From the NCBI GenBank assembly GCA_965368335.1, contig CBDUMN010000006.1:1-61401 (forward strand): 61,401 nt of DNA, written 5' to 3'. This document shows positions 45,781-56,227 of the stretch, piece after piece. The notes beneath the pieces are model-generated. The model was not told where the DNA came from and did no database searches. It saw only the letters and a program-made list of their open reading frames with translations. This DNA is from an uncultured Rhodospirillales bacterium (GTDB lineage: Bacteria > Pseudomonadota > Alphaproteobacteria > Rhodospirillales > JAPHRK01). Both the position numbers and the translations under genes were made by a program. Positions within the stretch are counted from its first letter, which is position 1; every line of letters begins with the position of its first letter.

Positions 45781-46782
45781 ATGAATGAATTAGACAACAT
45801 GACCGGCCTCGATCCGGTCGATCAAACCCTTACGGCGGAGGTCTCCGAAGAAGCGTCCGGCGAACGGCTCGACCGTTTTTTGGCATCGGCGTTTCCCGAG
45901 CATTCTCGGTCGCGCCTTAAAAGCCTGATCCAAAACGGCCATGTCGCTAACGAAGGCGGGACCATAACCGACCCGTCCTACCGGGTCAAACCGGAGGAGA
46001 CCCTCCGCCTGGAAATTCCAGAAAGCGCCCCCGCCGAACCTCAGCCCGAAAATATTCCACTCAAAGTCGTTTATGAAGATGCATATCTTCTCGTGATTGA
46101 TAAACCTTCCGGGCTGGTGGTCCATCCCGCGCCGGGCAGCGAAACCGGTACGCTGGTCAACGCACTGCTTTATCATTGCGGTGACAGCCTCTCTGGGATC
46201 GGTGGGGTGCGGCGTCCGGGAATCGTTCACCGGCTTGATAAAGACACCAGCGGTTTGATGGTTGTGGCTAAGACCGATGCGGCACATAAAGGTCTGGCCC
46301 AACAGTTTGAAGACCATAGCCTTGAGCGGGCCTATCAGGCCTTGGTTTGGGGGATGCCGAATCCCAGGGAAGGGGAGATTGAGGGAAATATAGGCCGAAA
46401 CCCCCATGATCGGAAAAAGATGGCGGTGGTCAATCGTGGCGGAAAATATGCGCTGACCCGATACAGAGTCATTCAGCCTTTAAACACCTTTGCCGCTTTG
46501 GTCGAATGTCGCCTGGCGACTGGGCGTACCCATCAAATAAGGGTGCATATGTCGAGTATCGGGAATCCGGTCATTGCAGACCCCCTATACGGGAAGGGGG
46601 ATCATCGATGGCTGAAAAAGGCCGGAGAAGAGGTTAAGCAGGCGGTAAAAAATCTTCAAGGCCAGGCTCTTCACGCATATTTGATCGGGTTTAAGCACCC
46701 TATTTCAGGGAAAACCCTCCGTTTCGAAGGGGTGATACCGTGTGAAATCAATGAATTAATCGAAAAAATCAAAAAATTCTAA
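45781..46782 (+). CDS. rluD: RluA-family pseudouridine synthase with S4 domain
   Basis: RLDRFL, KPSGLVVHP, HRLDKDTSG, TGRTHQIRVH. Confidence 0.93.
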   Translation: MNELDNMTGLDPVDQTLTAEVSEEASGERLDRFLASAFPEHSRSRLKSLIQNGHVANEGGTITDPSYRVKPEETLRLEIPESAPAEPQPENIPLKVVYEDAYLLVIDKPSGLVVHPAPGSETGTLVNALLYHCGDSLSGIGGVRRPGIVHRLDKDTSGLMVVAKTDAAHKGLAQQFEDHSLERAYQALVWGMPNPREGEIEGNIGRNPHDRKKMAVVNRGGKYALTRYRVIQPLNTFAALVECRLATGRTHQIRVHMSSIGNPVIADPLYGKGDHRWLKKAGEEVKQAVKNLQGQALHAYLIGFKHPISGKTLRFEGVIPCEINELIEKIKKF

Positions 46783-46920
46783 AATCCCACTATACTTGAC
46801 TGGACAGCTAGGTTATTTTGACTATCATTGATCTTGGTCAAGGGTTCGGTGCGTTGCCGGTTAGGTGAGACGCTGAAAGAAACCCAGTTTGGCTCATTTG
46901 GGAATAATGGGAGAAACAGA

Positions 46921-47832
46921 ATGTCTGCACTTTCAACGAGTATTTCCGTAACGCCGGAAAGCAACCTGTCCCGTTATCTGCAGGAAATCCGTAAGTTCCC
47001 TATGTTAACGGCAGAAAAGGAATTTGAGCTTTCCCAGCGTTTTCACGACAAAGAAGATTTGGGTGCGGCGCACCAGTTGGTAAATAGCCATTTGCGCCTT
47101 GTCGCTAAAATCGCCATGGGATACCGCGGTTATGGGCTTCCCGTCGGGGAACTGATCTCGGAAGGCAACGTCGGCATGATGCAAGCGGTCCGTCGTTTTG
47201 ACCACCATCGCGGTTTCCGTCTCGCCACCTATGCCATGTGGTGGATCAGGGCGGCCATTCAGGAGTACATCCTGCATTCTTGGTCGCTCGTAAAAATGGG
47301 CACCACGGCTTCGCAGAAAAAACTGTTTTTCAATCTGCGTAAGCTTAAAGGGCAGATGCAGGCCATTGATGAGGGCGATCTTTCGCCGGAGACCGTGACG
47401 GCGATCTCTGACCGGCTTGATGTATCCGAGGCCGATGTAATCAGCATGAACGCCCGGATGGCTAGCCAGGATCATTCGCTTAATGCGCCGATGCGCGTTG
47501 ATGGAGAAGGTGAGTGGCAGGATTGGTTGGTTGACGACCGTGAAAGCCAGGAGGATGAACTGGGCGAACGGCAGGAACTTGATGTGCGCCGTCAAATGTT
47601 GGCCGAGGCCATGACCCATCTGAATGAACGTGAAAGCCATATTTTGACCGAGCGCCGCTTGAAGGAAAGCCCGACCACGCTTGAAGATTTGAGCCAGGTT
47701 TATGGAATTTCCCGTGAGCGGGTTCGCCAAATCGAGGTGCGTGCTTTCGAAAAGTTGCAAAAAGCGGTTAAGAACGCCGCTATGGGACAGCGGATTGAAA
47801 CCGTTAATAAGCGGGAGTTGCACGTCGCTTAA
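46921..47832 (+). CDS. rpoH: RNA polymerase sigma-32 factor
   Basis: RpoH box QKKLFFNLR; HLRLVAKIA; SRERVRQIE. Confidence 0.97.
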   Translation: MSALSTSISVTPESNLSRYLQEIRKFPMLTAEKEFELSQRFHDKEDLGAAHQLVNSHLRLVAKIAMGYRGYGLPVGELISEGNVGMMQAVRRFDHHRGFRLATYAMWWIRAAIQEYILHSWSLVKMGTTASQKKLFFNLRKLKGQMQAIDEGDLSPETVTAISDRLDVSEADVISMNARMASQDHSLNAPMRVDGEGEWQDWLVDDRESQEDELGERQELDVRRQMLAEAMTHLNERESHILTERRLKESPTTLEDLSQVYGISRERVRQIEVRAFEKLQKAVKNAAMGQRIETVNKRELHVA

Positions 47833-47843
47833 TCGGTTGGCTC

Positions 47844-47881
47844 AAATAAATGGCCGTTGCGGAAGCTTCGGCCATTTATTT
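47844..47881. terminator. Bidirectional terminator between convergent genes
   Basis: AAATAAATGGCCG / CGGCCATTTATTT 13-bp arms. Confidence 0.8.
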
Positions 47882-48465
47882 TATGACAGATCCAATTCTT
47901 CGACAGATCCACCGCCAATCCCGTTGCTTTCTCCCGCATCGAAACGCTCAAGGGCTGTTTTCTGATCGGCCGTTTGCGCGGTTCCAGATATGGCTGGTTC
48001 GTCGTCGTTGACGTCATCTCCCCATTGCTCAAGCAGTTTCTTTTGTTTGGCTTTTAAAGAGGCGATCTGCTGCTTGTTTACGACGGCGTAGAAGCTTCCA
48101 ACAACCGGTGGGAGGGAGGAAAACAACGCCCAACCAAAGGCTGCACCGCTATACATAACGGCAATGGCGAAAACATCCGACATTTTGTGGAGGACATAGT
48201 CCATGGTGTTGTAGTCCATCCAAAGCTCAAGCAAATAGGGGAAGATTCCCGCAATATTTAGGGAACCAACCGAAAAGGTGGCCGAGTGTTGGTAGCTGCG
48301 GTCGATTAAAAAAGCCACGGCCGTTGGGAGAAGGCCGAAAGTCAATAAAATAACGGTTGGCAAGGAAACCAGCATGAACAGAACGATTAACAGGAGTACA
48401 AGGATTTGGCTCCAGGTGAAACGCCGTTTTGTGAAGCTTGAAATGGGGTTGGGTTGCTTAGCCAT
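47881..48465 (-). CDS. Hypothetical membrane protein, likely co-transcribed with the kinase-like gene
   Basis: About 4 TMs; GLLPTAVAFLIDR, N.AG..PYL, L.EQWG; 7-bp gap to the upstream gene. Confidence 0.85.
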   Translation of the reverse strand: MAKQPNPISSFTKRRFTWSQILVLLLIVLFMLVSLPTVILLTFGLLPTAVAFLIDRSYQHSATFSVGSLNIAGIFPYLLELWMDYNTMDYVLHKMSDVFAIAVMYSGAAFGWALFSSLPPVVGSFYAVVNKQQIASLKAKQKKLLEQWGDDVNDDEPAISGTAQTADQKTALERFDAGESNGIGGGSVEELDLS

Positions 48466-48472
48466 ACGCCGA

Positions 48473-50515
48473 TCACACCTTAGTTAGAAGGTAAGTGCCG
48501 GTGATAACCAGCAGTGAAATAACAATGGATGTTATGGCGGCGCTTTGTTGCCCCATGTGAGCGGCTTTCTCCCCCTGAATTTCCGCACTTTGAAGCTCTT
48601 CAATCTCTTTCCTGGCGGCCGAATATTCAGACATTGCAAGCTGGAAGTCTCTTTCATCGACTTTCCGTCGCTCAGGATTGTCGAGGAGGTTGTAGAGTTC
48701 GGGCAAGCTGCCCCGGCGGACGACGCGAGGGATTTCAGCTTCAATTTCCTTGCGCGTGGTGCGGCTGTGATAGACTTCGAGCGCCGGTCCTAAAAGCCCC
48801 CCGATCCAGGCCGATAAATTGGTTAGCGGATCGGTTCGGAAGCGCCATTGAACGATAGCCAGTAGGCTGAGCATGCCCAGTGTGGAGATTTCGGGCTCGG
48901 GTGATGAGTAGGCGGTTAGATGGGATTCCACGTCGTGCCCAAAACGCGCCGCAACAAAAGCGCAGATATGACGATCGATGGGGACCTTGCTTTGGTCGGC
49001 GGTTTTGGCGGCCATGTCCAGTGAGGGCAAGAGAGTGTCGATGGTGACCACATGATAATTGGTGATCAATGGGCTTAAACACTGGAGGCCGGGGACAAGA
49101 GTGTAAAGGCATCGCTCAATACCGTATCCAGGCTCGGTAAAGCTGAGAAAAGACTTTAGTTGTGAGAACTGTTTCCGTTCACCGGAGAAGGCGGCCATAA
49201 TGGTGCCTTGCGCCTCGAACCAATGTTGAACCACGTCATGCCGGATAATTTCCATTGGGATGACGGCTTTTCCGTCTTTTAGGTACTCACTTGCCAATGC
49301 GGGGCCAAAACCTTCGGGCATGAAGTTGAAGCCCCGATAACGTATCGGGGCCTCCGGGTCGAGAATCATGCAGACCTTGGCGACTAAAATTTCTTCAGAA
49401 ACAACCGGGTCGCCGCTGAAGAGGGACTGCATTTGGGCTGCTTCACGAACGGCTTGCGCGGTATCGCCATCCTCCAGGCCACGTTGAAGCCAGGTTTCGA
49501 GGCTCCCGTCTTTTATCCGTTTCGCTGCGTCCTTGGTGTTTTTGATCATGGCCATGGCTAACGGCCTGAGCGATTTGTACTCGTTGCCACCAATCATGAA
49601 ACCGCGTTCGGCAGATGGGGCGGCCTGCTTTTGCTGCGGTGTCATGCGGCGACCATCAATCCAAAGCTCCAACTCTTCGAAAGTCCACCGCTGGGTCTGA
49701 TCGTCCGACAACAAGCCGCGCAAAGGTTCAAGCAGATTGATGGCGATTTTTTCTTCGCCGGCAATGGTCATGTAAGAACCGTGCCGGATTTTCGATGCGA
49801 GAATTTGTTCTTCGGTTTTATGGCCGACGGGATCGTGATCGGAGAGCAGGTAGACCAAGGTGACGCCAATGGCGTACATGTCTGTTGCCACCTGTCCCCG
49901 CCCGCGACCCGCAGGGATGCACATCGCCTGTTCAATAGGCTCAAAAACGAAAGGTTGGTTAAGCCCTGGAGGGCAGGTCAGGCAGTCGCCGATGACCCAT
50001 TCTGTCCGCGCTTCATCCAGATAGAAAATATTGTCGGGTCGTATATTTCTATGAGGAATGCCGCGGGTCGAAAAGTCCCGGGTGAAGATGGTAAACGGTT
50101 CGATAAAGTCTTTGGTGACGTCGTGCGGGCTGATTTTCCTGCCTTCGCCAGCAAGAACTTCGCTGAGTCTTCCTCCTAGTGGACGGTCGTAAATTAAGAC
50201 CGTGACATGATGGCCTGCGGGCGGCCAGAAAACACTGCCCCATTCCCGCAAGGTCAGCAAATGGGAAAAGGTATTGTTGCGTAGTGAGTTGAAAATATCG
50301 GTGCGTGGCAAGGAATCCGGGCTGCAAACCAAGGCAAAGTAGGGGTCGTTGGGCATTTTAACGCTTTCAACGCTAAATGCCTTGGCGTTGGGAGAATCCA
50401 GTTCTGGAAGAGGAATTGTCGGATAAATTTTAAAGGCGTTCCGCAACAGAACAGGGCCGCCGGTGGCTGCGCCGCTCGGTGATGGTGCTACAGTCGCGTT
50501 AGGATCGTCCGCCAT
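48473..50515 (-). CDS. Ser/Thr protein kinase-like protein (probable pseudokinase) with C-terminal TM
   Basis: PHRNIRPDNIF, FEPIE, DMYAIGV, DDQTQRW kinase-fold remnants; hydrophobic C-terminus. Confidence 0.82.
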   Translation of the reverse strand: MADDPNATVAPSPSGAATGGPVLLRNAFKIYPTIPLPELDSPNAKAFSVESVKMPNDPYFALVCSPDSLPRTDIFNSLRNNTFSHLLTLREWGSVFWPPAGHHVTVLIYDRPLGGRLSEVLAGEGRKISPHDVTKDFIEPFTIFTRDFSTRGIPHRNIRPDNIFYLDEARTEWVIGDCLTCPPGLNQPFVFEPIEQAMCIPAGRGRGQVATDMYAIGVTLVYLLSDHDPVGHKTEEQILASKIRHGSYMTIAGEEKIAINLLEPLRGLLSDDQTQRWTFEELELWIDGRRMTPQQKQAAPSAERGFMIGGNEYKSLRPLAMAMIKNTKDAAKRIKDGSLETWLQRGLEDGDTAQAVREAAQMQSLFSGDPVVSEEILVAKVCMILDPEAPIRYRGFNFMPEGFGPALASEYLKDGKAVIPMEIIRHDVVQHWFEAQGTIMAAFSGERKQFSQLKSFLSFTEPGYGIERCLYTLVPGLQCLSPLITNYHVVTIDTLLPSLDMAAKTADQSKVPIDRHICAFVAARFGHDVESHLTAYSSPEPEISTLGMLSLLAIVQWRFRTDPLTNLSAWIGGLLGPALEVYHSRTTRKEIEAEIPRVVRRGSLPELYNLLDNPERRKVDERDFQLAMSEYSAARKEIEELQSAEIQGEKAAHMGQQSAAITSIVISLLVITGTYLLTKV

Positions 50516-50574
50516 GGATTACCCCGATAAAGTCACATCATTGTCCAGGATATCACGATAAGGCGGCAGGGTTG

Positions 50575-50616
50575 AAAAACAACTAACGCCCGCCAATCGA
50601 AATTGGCGGGCGTTAG
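50575..50616 (-). terminator. purA terminator
   Basis: On the minus strand: CTAACGCCCGCCAAT-TTCG-ATTGGCGGGCGTTAG then TTGTTTTT. Confidence 0.85.
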
Positions 50617-50641
50617 GGGCTTAATTTTATGTGAGGGATTA

Positions 50642-51934
50642 TTAATCCTCAAATGGGTCGTGAACCAAAATGGTGTCTTCCCGCTCCGGGCTGGTTGACA
50701 AAAGCGCGATAGGGGCTTCGATCAACTCTTCGATGCGACGGATATATTTGATCGCCTGTGCCGGGAGATCGGCCCAGGAGCGAGCGCCTTCCGTGCTATC
50801 CTGCCAGCCTTCGATGGTTTCGTAGACTGGCTCAGCCTTGGCTTGCTTGATTTGACAACCCGGCAAATGATCAACTTTTTTACCATCAATCATATAACCG
50901 GTGCAGACCTTCAACTCACTGAACCCATCCAAAACATCAAGCTTGGTAAGTGCGATGCCGGTGATGCCGCCGACCTTAACCGCTTGTCGCACCAGGGCGG
51001 CATCGAACCAGCCGCAGCGTCGCGCCCGGCCCGTCGTTGTGCCGAACTCATGGCCGCGTTCGCCCAAACGCTGGCCGTCTTCGTCTTCCAGTTCCGTAGG
51101 GAAGGGGCCCGCGCCGACCCGTGTCGTGTAGGCCTTGGTGATGCCGAGAACATAGTCGATGGCTCCTGGTCCCTGCCCGGATCCAACGGCGGCTTGTCCT
51201 GCGACCACATTGGATGAGGTGACGAAAGGATAGGTTCCATGGTCGATGTCGAGCATGGTGCCTTGCGCTCCTTCGTAAAGGATGCGGCGGCCGGCGCGAC
51301 GGGCCTCATCGAGGCGTTTCCAAACGGTATCGGAATAAGGCAACAGTTTAGGAGCCAGTTCCATCAGGGAGTCGATGATGGGTTGACGTTCCAGTTCGTC
51401 GAAGCCCCAACCGCGAAGCAAGGCGTTATGATGAAAGAGAAGCCGATCAACTTTTTCTTCAATCACGCTGGGTTCGGCCAAGTCGCCGACCCGGATGGCG
51501 CGGCGGGCAACCTTGTCTTCATAGGCCGGGCCGATACCGCGACCGGTGGTGCCGATTTTAGCCTTGCCCAGAGCTTCCTCGCGCGCCATGTCCAGGTTGG
51601 CGTGGAGCGGCAGGATCAGCGGAGCATTGTCGGCGACTTTCAGATTGTCGGGTGTCAGGTCGACGCCCTGTTGGCGCAAGGCGTCAATTTCCTTGAGCAG
51701 ATTCCAGGGGTCGAGAACGACGCCGTTACCGATAATCGACAGCGTACCGGGACGGACAACGCCCGACGGCAGCATGTGAAGTTTATAGGTCACTCCGTCG
51801 ATAACGAGCGTATGTCCTGCATTGTGACCGCCTTGAAAACGCACCACCACATTGGCGCGACGGGAAAGCCAATCGACGATTTTGCCTTTGCCTTCATCCC
51901 CCCACTGAGAACCGATTACCGCTACATTGGCCAT
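50642..51934 (-). CDS. purA: Adenylosuccinate synthetase
   Basis: [36 protein letters not shown]. Confidence 0.98.
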   Translation of the reverse strand: MANVAVIGSQWGDEGKGKIVDWLSRRANVVVRFQGGHNAGHTLVIDGVTYKLHMLPSGVVRPGTLSIIGNGVVLDPWNLLKEIDALRQQGVDLTPDNLKVADNAPLILPLHANLDMAREEALGKAKIGTTGRGIGPAYEDKVARRAIRVGDLAEPSVIEEKVDRLLFHHNALLRGWGFDELERQPIIDSLMELAPKLLPYSDTVWKRLDEARRAGRRILYEGAQGTMLDIDHGTYPFVTSSNVVAGQAAVGSGQGPGAIDYVLGITKAYTTRVGAGPFPTELEDEDGQRLGERGHEFGTTTGRARRCGWFDAALVRQAVKVGGITGIALTKLDVLDGFSELKVCTGYMIDGKKVDHLPGCQIKQAKAEPVYETIEGWQDSTEGARSWADLPAQAIKYIRRIEELIEAPIALLSTSPEREDTILVHDPFED

Positions 51935-51952
51935 GTTCCTAAGCTCCCTCCT

Positions 51953-53098
51953 TTAAGAACCTAAAGGGCGGGGTGACCCGTCCTTGAAGATATGCGTGCA
52001 TTTTTGATCGCGTGCTCTGGCCTCTTCCTCATCAGCGCTCAATGCCGCGACAGTGACCCACCCATCGTTCCGCAGGGCCCTGGCGGCCTCAACGGATGTT
52101 CCCAAAGGCAGGAAAATGCGGTCAGGTTGTTGTGGGGCGGGCAGGGCTCTGAGAATGGAATCAGTGAACAGCGAAACGCCCGTTGCCGGTTCCTTGCCAT
52201 CTGCGCCGGCTCTATAGCGACCGCCGCGTCCCAGCTCTCCCCGTACGCCAAGCGCAAAAAAGGTAAAGGTGACACCCGTGTGATATTCATATCCCCGCCG
52301 TTCCACCGGGTCGATGGTGATGCTTAAATCCGGGGCGGCCTGTCTGATGATATCGATGACAGCCAGAAGAGAATCGATCTCGGTGCGGGCTTTTGGGGAG
52401 ACTTCAAGTTTCCGAAGGGGCGCCAGTGCATGCTCGACCGAACCGCAAGCCTCGATCAGTTGAACGAGAACGGGAGCGGCATCGCCTCCAACGGCAGCGA
52501 CTTCAGCAACATCCTTGCGTTCAAGGGCGAGGTCGAGCCGTGATTCGTCATCGGCTGAAAGGGAAAGCCCTTCCTTGATGGCCATGACCAAGGTCGGCAG
52601 ACCGAGATCAATGGAAAGGCCTTCAACGCCCAGGTCCGACAGGGCCTCGGCAGCCATCAGGATAACCTCGGCATCGCCTTCTGCGGACTGTGCGCCGATC
52701 AACTCGGCGCCGACCTGCCCATATTGGCGCTCTGGGCGTAGTTGAGAGCCTTTGACCCGCAAAACCTGCCCGGCATAGCTCAATCGAAGGGGGCGGGGAA
52801 GATTTGCCAACCGTGTGGTGGCGATCCGGCCTACCTGTACGGTTAAATCCGGGCGCAGCCCCATCATTTGATGAGAAACAGGGTCCATCAGGCGGAATGT
52901 TTGTTTGGCCGTCGCCGCGCCGCTCCCAGAAAGGAGGCTGTCTTCGAATTCGATCAGGGGCGGTTTGACCCGGTCGAAGCCGTTGGCGGCAAAGACGGAG
53001 ACGGTCTTCTCAACCACAGCAGCCTCAAAGGCCGCATCGGGAGATAACACGTCCCGCAGACCCGCGGGCAACAATGCTTTTTTCGATTTGTCGCTCAT
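51953..53098 (-). CDS. hisZ: ATP phosphoribosyltransferase regulatory subunit
   Basis: LPAGLRD, LRPDLT.Q..RIA, Q.GAEL.G, YHTG, GGRY; hisZ-purA synteny. Confidence 0.93.
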   Translation of the reverse strand: MSDKSKKALLPAGLRDVLSPDAAFEAAVVEKTVSVFAANGFDRVKPPLIEFEDSLLSGSGAATAKQTFRLMDPVSHQMMGLRPDLTVQVGRIATTRLANLPRPLRLSYAGQVLRVKGSQLRPERQYGQVGAELIGAQSAEGDAEVILMAAEALSDLGVEGLSIDLGLPTLVMAIKEGLSLSADDESRLDLALERKDVAEVAAVGGDAAPVLVQLIEACGSVEHALAPLRKLEVSPKARTEIDSLLAVIDIIRQAAPDLSITIDPVERRGYEYHTGVTFTFFALGVRGELGRGGRYRAGADGKEPATGVSLFTDSILRALPAPQQPDRIFLPLGTSVEAARALRNDGWVTVAALSADEEEARARDQKCTHIFKDGSPRPLGS

Positions 53099-53210
53099 CT
53101 TACCGTATTGGAATATTCAACTGCGTTGGACCTCAGGGGTGTAGCCGGAAAATGGGCCAACGGCAAACGGAAAAAAAATGATAACGACATGTTTTTATCG
53201 CCGAAAACAG

Positions 53211-53687
53211 TTACTTCCGGCCTTGAAAGTCATCGGGCTTGAAACGAAGCGAGCGCCACATACCGCTCCGGGTTTTTTTTGCGGCATACTGTGATCGCGC
53301 ATAACGGTCAGCCTCACCCGGAATAATTACCGCCCAACCGTTAAGCACCATTTGTTCGTTGATATCCATCCCCATGAGGTAGCAAACAGCCAGCGGTCGC
53401 CCGGCTTTATCAACGGCTTTGCCTTGCTTTTCACATTCGACGGCGTGGTTTTGAACCAGCATATCGAGGGTGCGGCGCGCAGTTTTCCCGCAGGGAAACT
53501 CTTTCCCTTTGGTGCTCAGGCATTTTTCGTGAAGTAAGGGGGCATTCAACGACCATAACGCCACTTCCGTTTCGCCGAATTTCAACGTATTGCCGTCAAC
53601 TACCGTCGGTGTGCCTTTAAAGTCGGCTGCTTGAGCCGGAGAGAGTGAGGCGAGAAGGAAGAGGCAAAAGCCAATGATGGTGCGCAT
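53211..53687 (-). CDS. Thermonuclease (SNase-like) family exported protein
   Basis: Signal peptide; VVDGNTL, NAP, DKAGR, MVLNGWA. Confidence 0.8.
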   Translation of the reverse strand: MRTIIGFCLFLLASLSPAQAADFKGTPTVVDGNTLKFGETEVALWSLNAPLLHEKCLSTKGKEFPCGKTARRTLDMLVQNHAVECEKQGKAVDKAGRPLAVCYLMGMDINEQMVLNGWAVIIPGEADRYARSQYAAKKTRSGMWRSLRFKPDDFQGRK

Positions 53688-53825
53688 AAAGAAACCGCTT
53701 CGTAAGGAATGGTAGAGTGTCTATGTCATCGCCGGTTACCGTCCAGAGCGCCATGATTCCGGTCAATTGCTTGAGGGGGTATTGATCGGAAAACAGCGGG
53801 CTTTACATAACAAAACGGTATCAAT

Positions 53826-53870
53826 TTCCTCAATCATCACTTATGAGTCCGAACAGTGATGATTGAGGAA
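53826..53870 (+). repeat. Perfect 16-bp inverted repeat in the pit leader
   Basis: TTCCTCAATCATCACT-13 nt-AGTGATGATTGAGGAA. Confidence 0.85.
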
Positions 53871-53885
53871 GCGGGACGCTGAAAT

Positions 53886-55448
53886 ATGGCGGATGGAAAT
53901 AGCCCCAAAGATCTTAAAAAGCTTCATAAAGAGCTGAAGGGAATCGATCAGATCGGCCAGGCGGCCCATGAAAGCGGGCAGCTTGTCACCAAGTACGGGG
54001 TTGTTCTTGTATTCATGGCGATCGTGCTGGTGATCTCGTTTTACCAGGGAGGGGCCGGAGACAACGGCATCTATATCATCATTGCCGGTTTGCTGGGGGC
54101 CTATATGGCGCTTAATATCGGCGCGAATGATGTCGCCAATAACATCGGTCCGGCAGTTGGGTCCCGCGCATTAACGATGATTGGCGCGCTGATCATTGCG
54201 GCAGTTTTTGAGGCTGCCGGTGCGATTTTTGCCGGTGGCGATGTGGTCAAGACCATTTCTAAAGGCATTATCGCCCCTGAATTGATGCCCGATACCGAAA
54301 CCTTCATTTTGTCCATGATGTCGGCTCTGCTTGCGGCTGCGGTCTGGGTTAACCTCGCCACCGTTATCGGCGCGCCGGTTTCAACCACCCATGCTGTAGT
54401 TGGCGGCGTCATGGGGGGCGGTATCATCGCCACGGGGGTCAATGCGGTCAACTGGGCGACGATGGGGAAAATTGCCGCCAGTTGGATTATTTCTCCGGTG
54501 CTTGGCGGCGTTATCGCCGCACTTTTTTTAGCCCTTATCAAGCACCAGATCGTTTTTAAGGAAGATCGGGTAAGTGCGGCCAAACGCTGGGTTCCTATCC
54601 TTGTGAGCATCATGGTTTCGGTATTCGCCATGTACCTGATGAAAAAGGGCCTGAAGAAGATCTGGAAACCAGACTGGTGGGTTGTTGTCGCCACCGGAGC
54701 CGCTTTATTCGCCGCTTCAATTGCCATTATCCGGCCGATGGTGGCGCGGGCCGCTGAAGGGATCGAGAACCGTCGCAAAGCGGTGAGCGAATTATTTACT
54801 CTGCCGTTGATTGTTTCGGCCGCGATGTTGAGTTTCGCTCATGGCGCGAATGATGTGGCCAATGCTATCGGTCCTCTGGCTGCCATTGTCGGGGCGGCCA
54901 GTACCGGCGAAATCGTTACGATGGTCCAAGTGCCTCTCTGGGTTATGGGGATCGGTGCTGCAGGCATTTCGGCCGGTCTGTTGCTGTTTGGTCCCAAGTT
55001 GGTTCGGATGGTCGGAGAGAAAATCACCAAACTCGACCGGATGCGGGCGTTTTGCGTTGCGCTATCGGCAGCCATTACGGTGCTTGTCGCTTCGGCCTTG
55101 GGGCTGCCGGTGAGCTCGACCCATATTGCCGTTGGCGCTGTTTTCGGTGTCGGTTTTTACCGGGAGTTTTTAGCCAACAAGCAACGCATTCAAAAAGAAG
55201 CGGAGCGCGAGGCGATGTTTGTTGAGAGTATCGTTTTACAAAGCCATGGCTCATTGGAGGATAAGGGGCCGTCACCGAAGGAAATCAGAAAAGCCGAAAA
55301 AGCAAAACGCCGCAAGCTGGTGCGGCGTCAGCATTTGATGACTATCGTATCGGCTTGGTTGATTACCGTGCCCCTTGCGGGATTGTTGGCTGCAGCGTTT
55401 TTCCTCGCGTTGAACGGGTTCCTCGGAAACGAAAATCCACTTACTTAA
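53886..55448 (+). CDS. pit: Inorganic phosphate transporter (PiT family)
   Basis: Two GANDVAN motifs; PVSTTH and PVSSTH. Confidence 0.93.
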   Translation: MADGNSPKDLKKLHKELKGIDQIGQAAHESGQLVTKYGVVLVFMAIVLVISFYQGGAGDNGIYIIIAGLLGAYMALNIGANDVANNIGPAVGSRALTMIGALIIAAVFEAAGAIFAGGDVVKTISKGIIAPELMPDTETFILSMMSALLAAAVWVNLATVIGAPVSTTHAVVGGVMGGGIIATGVNAVNWATMGKIAASWIISPVLGGVIAALFLALIKHQIVFKEDRVSAAKRWVPILVSIMVSVFAMYLMKKGLKKIWKPDWWVVVATGAALFAASIAIIRPMVARAAEGIENRRKAVSELFTLPLIVSAAMLSFAHGANDVANAIGPLAAIVGAASTGEIVTMVQVPLWVMGIGAAGISAGLLLFGPKLVRMVGEKITKLDRMRAFCVALSAAITVLVASALGLPVSSTHIAVGAVFGVGFYREFLANKQRIQKEAEREAMFVESIVLQSHGSLEDKGPSPKEIRKAEKAKRRKLVRRQHLMTIVSAWLITVPLAGLLAAAFFLALNGFLGNENPLT

Positions 55449-56043
55449 TGTTGAAGGTTTCCTTGCGCACCGTTTTGCCAACGGCCTTTGCGACGAAGGG
55501 AACCATGCTGCGAGTGAGTGAGTGGCTGTCGGCGGCTGAGACTTCGGTGACTGCCCAGCCATGCCAGACACGGCGTTTCGCCTCTCTATCGTCAAGCGTA
55601 ACATCGAGGCGGTATTTGGATTTTGTGCCTTCGCCCTGGTGTTGGTCGCCCTCGTTTACCAAGCCGCCCCGGCTTGAGTTGAAAATATTGAGCTTGGCCG
55701 TCGTGTTGTCGCCGCCATCCCAAGAGCCTTGGTTGGTCAACTCAACCACAGAGCGTCGATCTTGACCGCCCCAACTGCCGAGTTCTCCACGTGTTTCAAA
55801 AGTCAGGACAAGTGGTGAATTATCCGAAATGGAAAACCCGGCATCACGCAGAGCTTTTTCAAAGTCCTGCTTTATGACCATGTTTTCATCGGAATTGTCG
55901 AGAGGGCTTACGGTGATGGTTGCACCGGCCTGAATACTCTTGAATGCAACCGCGTTGATCTGACCGTCACCGGCTAAAGCGGAAGAAAAAGCGGTTGCGG
56001 TCAAAAAAATTGCGGTAGTCAGCGTTCGGGTCAGCTTGCCCAT
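55441..56043 (-). CDS. Hypothetical exported protein
   Basis: 200 aa with a signal peptide ending ALA. Confidence 0.78.
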   Translation of the reverse strand: MGKLTRTLTTAIFLTATAFSSALAGDGQINAVAFKSIQAGATITVSPLDNSDENMVIKQDFEKALRDAGFSISDNSPLVLTFETRGELGSWGGQDRRSVVELTNQGSWDGGDNTTAKLNIFNSSRGGLVNEGDQHQGEGTKSKYRLDVTLDDREAKRRVWHGWAVTEVSAADSHSLTRSMVPFVAKAVGKTVRKETFNIK

Positions 56044-56108
56044 TCTTTTAAGGCCTCATTGCGATGGTTGGATTCGGGGACGGTCTTTGCCAAAGAAAAT
56101 CCCATTCT

Positions 56109-56122
56109 TTGACCGTGATCAT
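56109..56122 (+). promoter_or_regulatory. FNR/FixK-like box
   Basis: TTGAC-CGTG-ATCAT, about 105 bp upstream of the DsbD_2 gene. Confidence 0.4.
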
Positions 56123-56227
56123 GGAACCTGAGTGGACTCCTGTCAACAAATGCCCAAAGATACCAACGGGATAAAACATCTTAATCCTAAACTATCGCGC
56201 AAAGAGCGCAGATATCGGACGCTGTTT

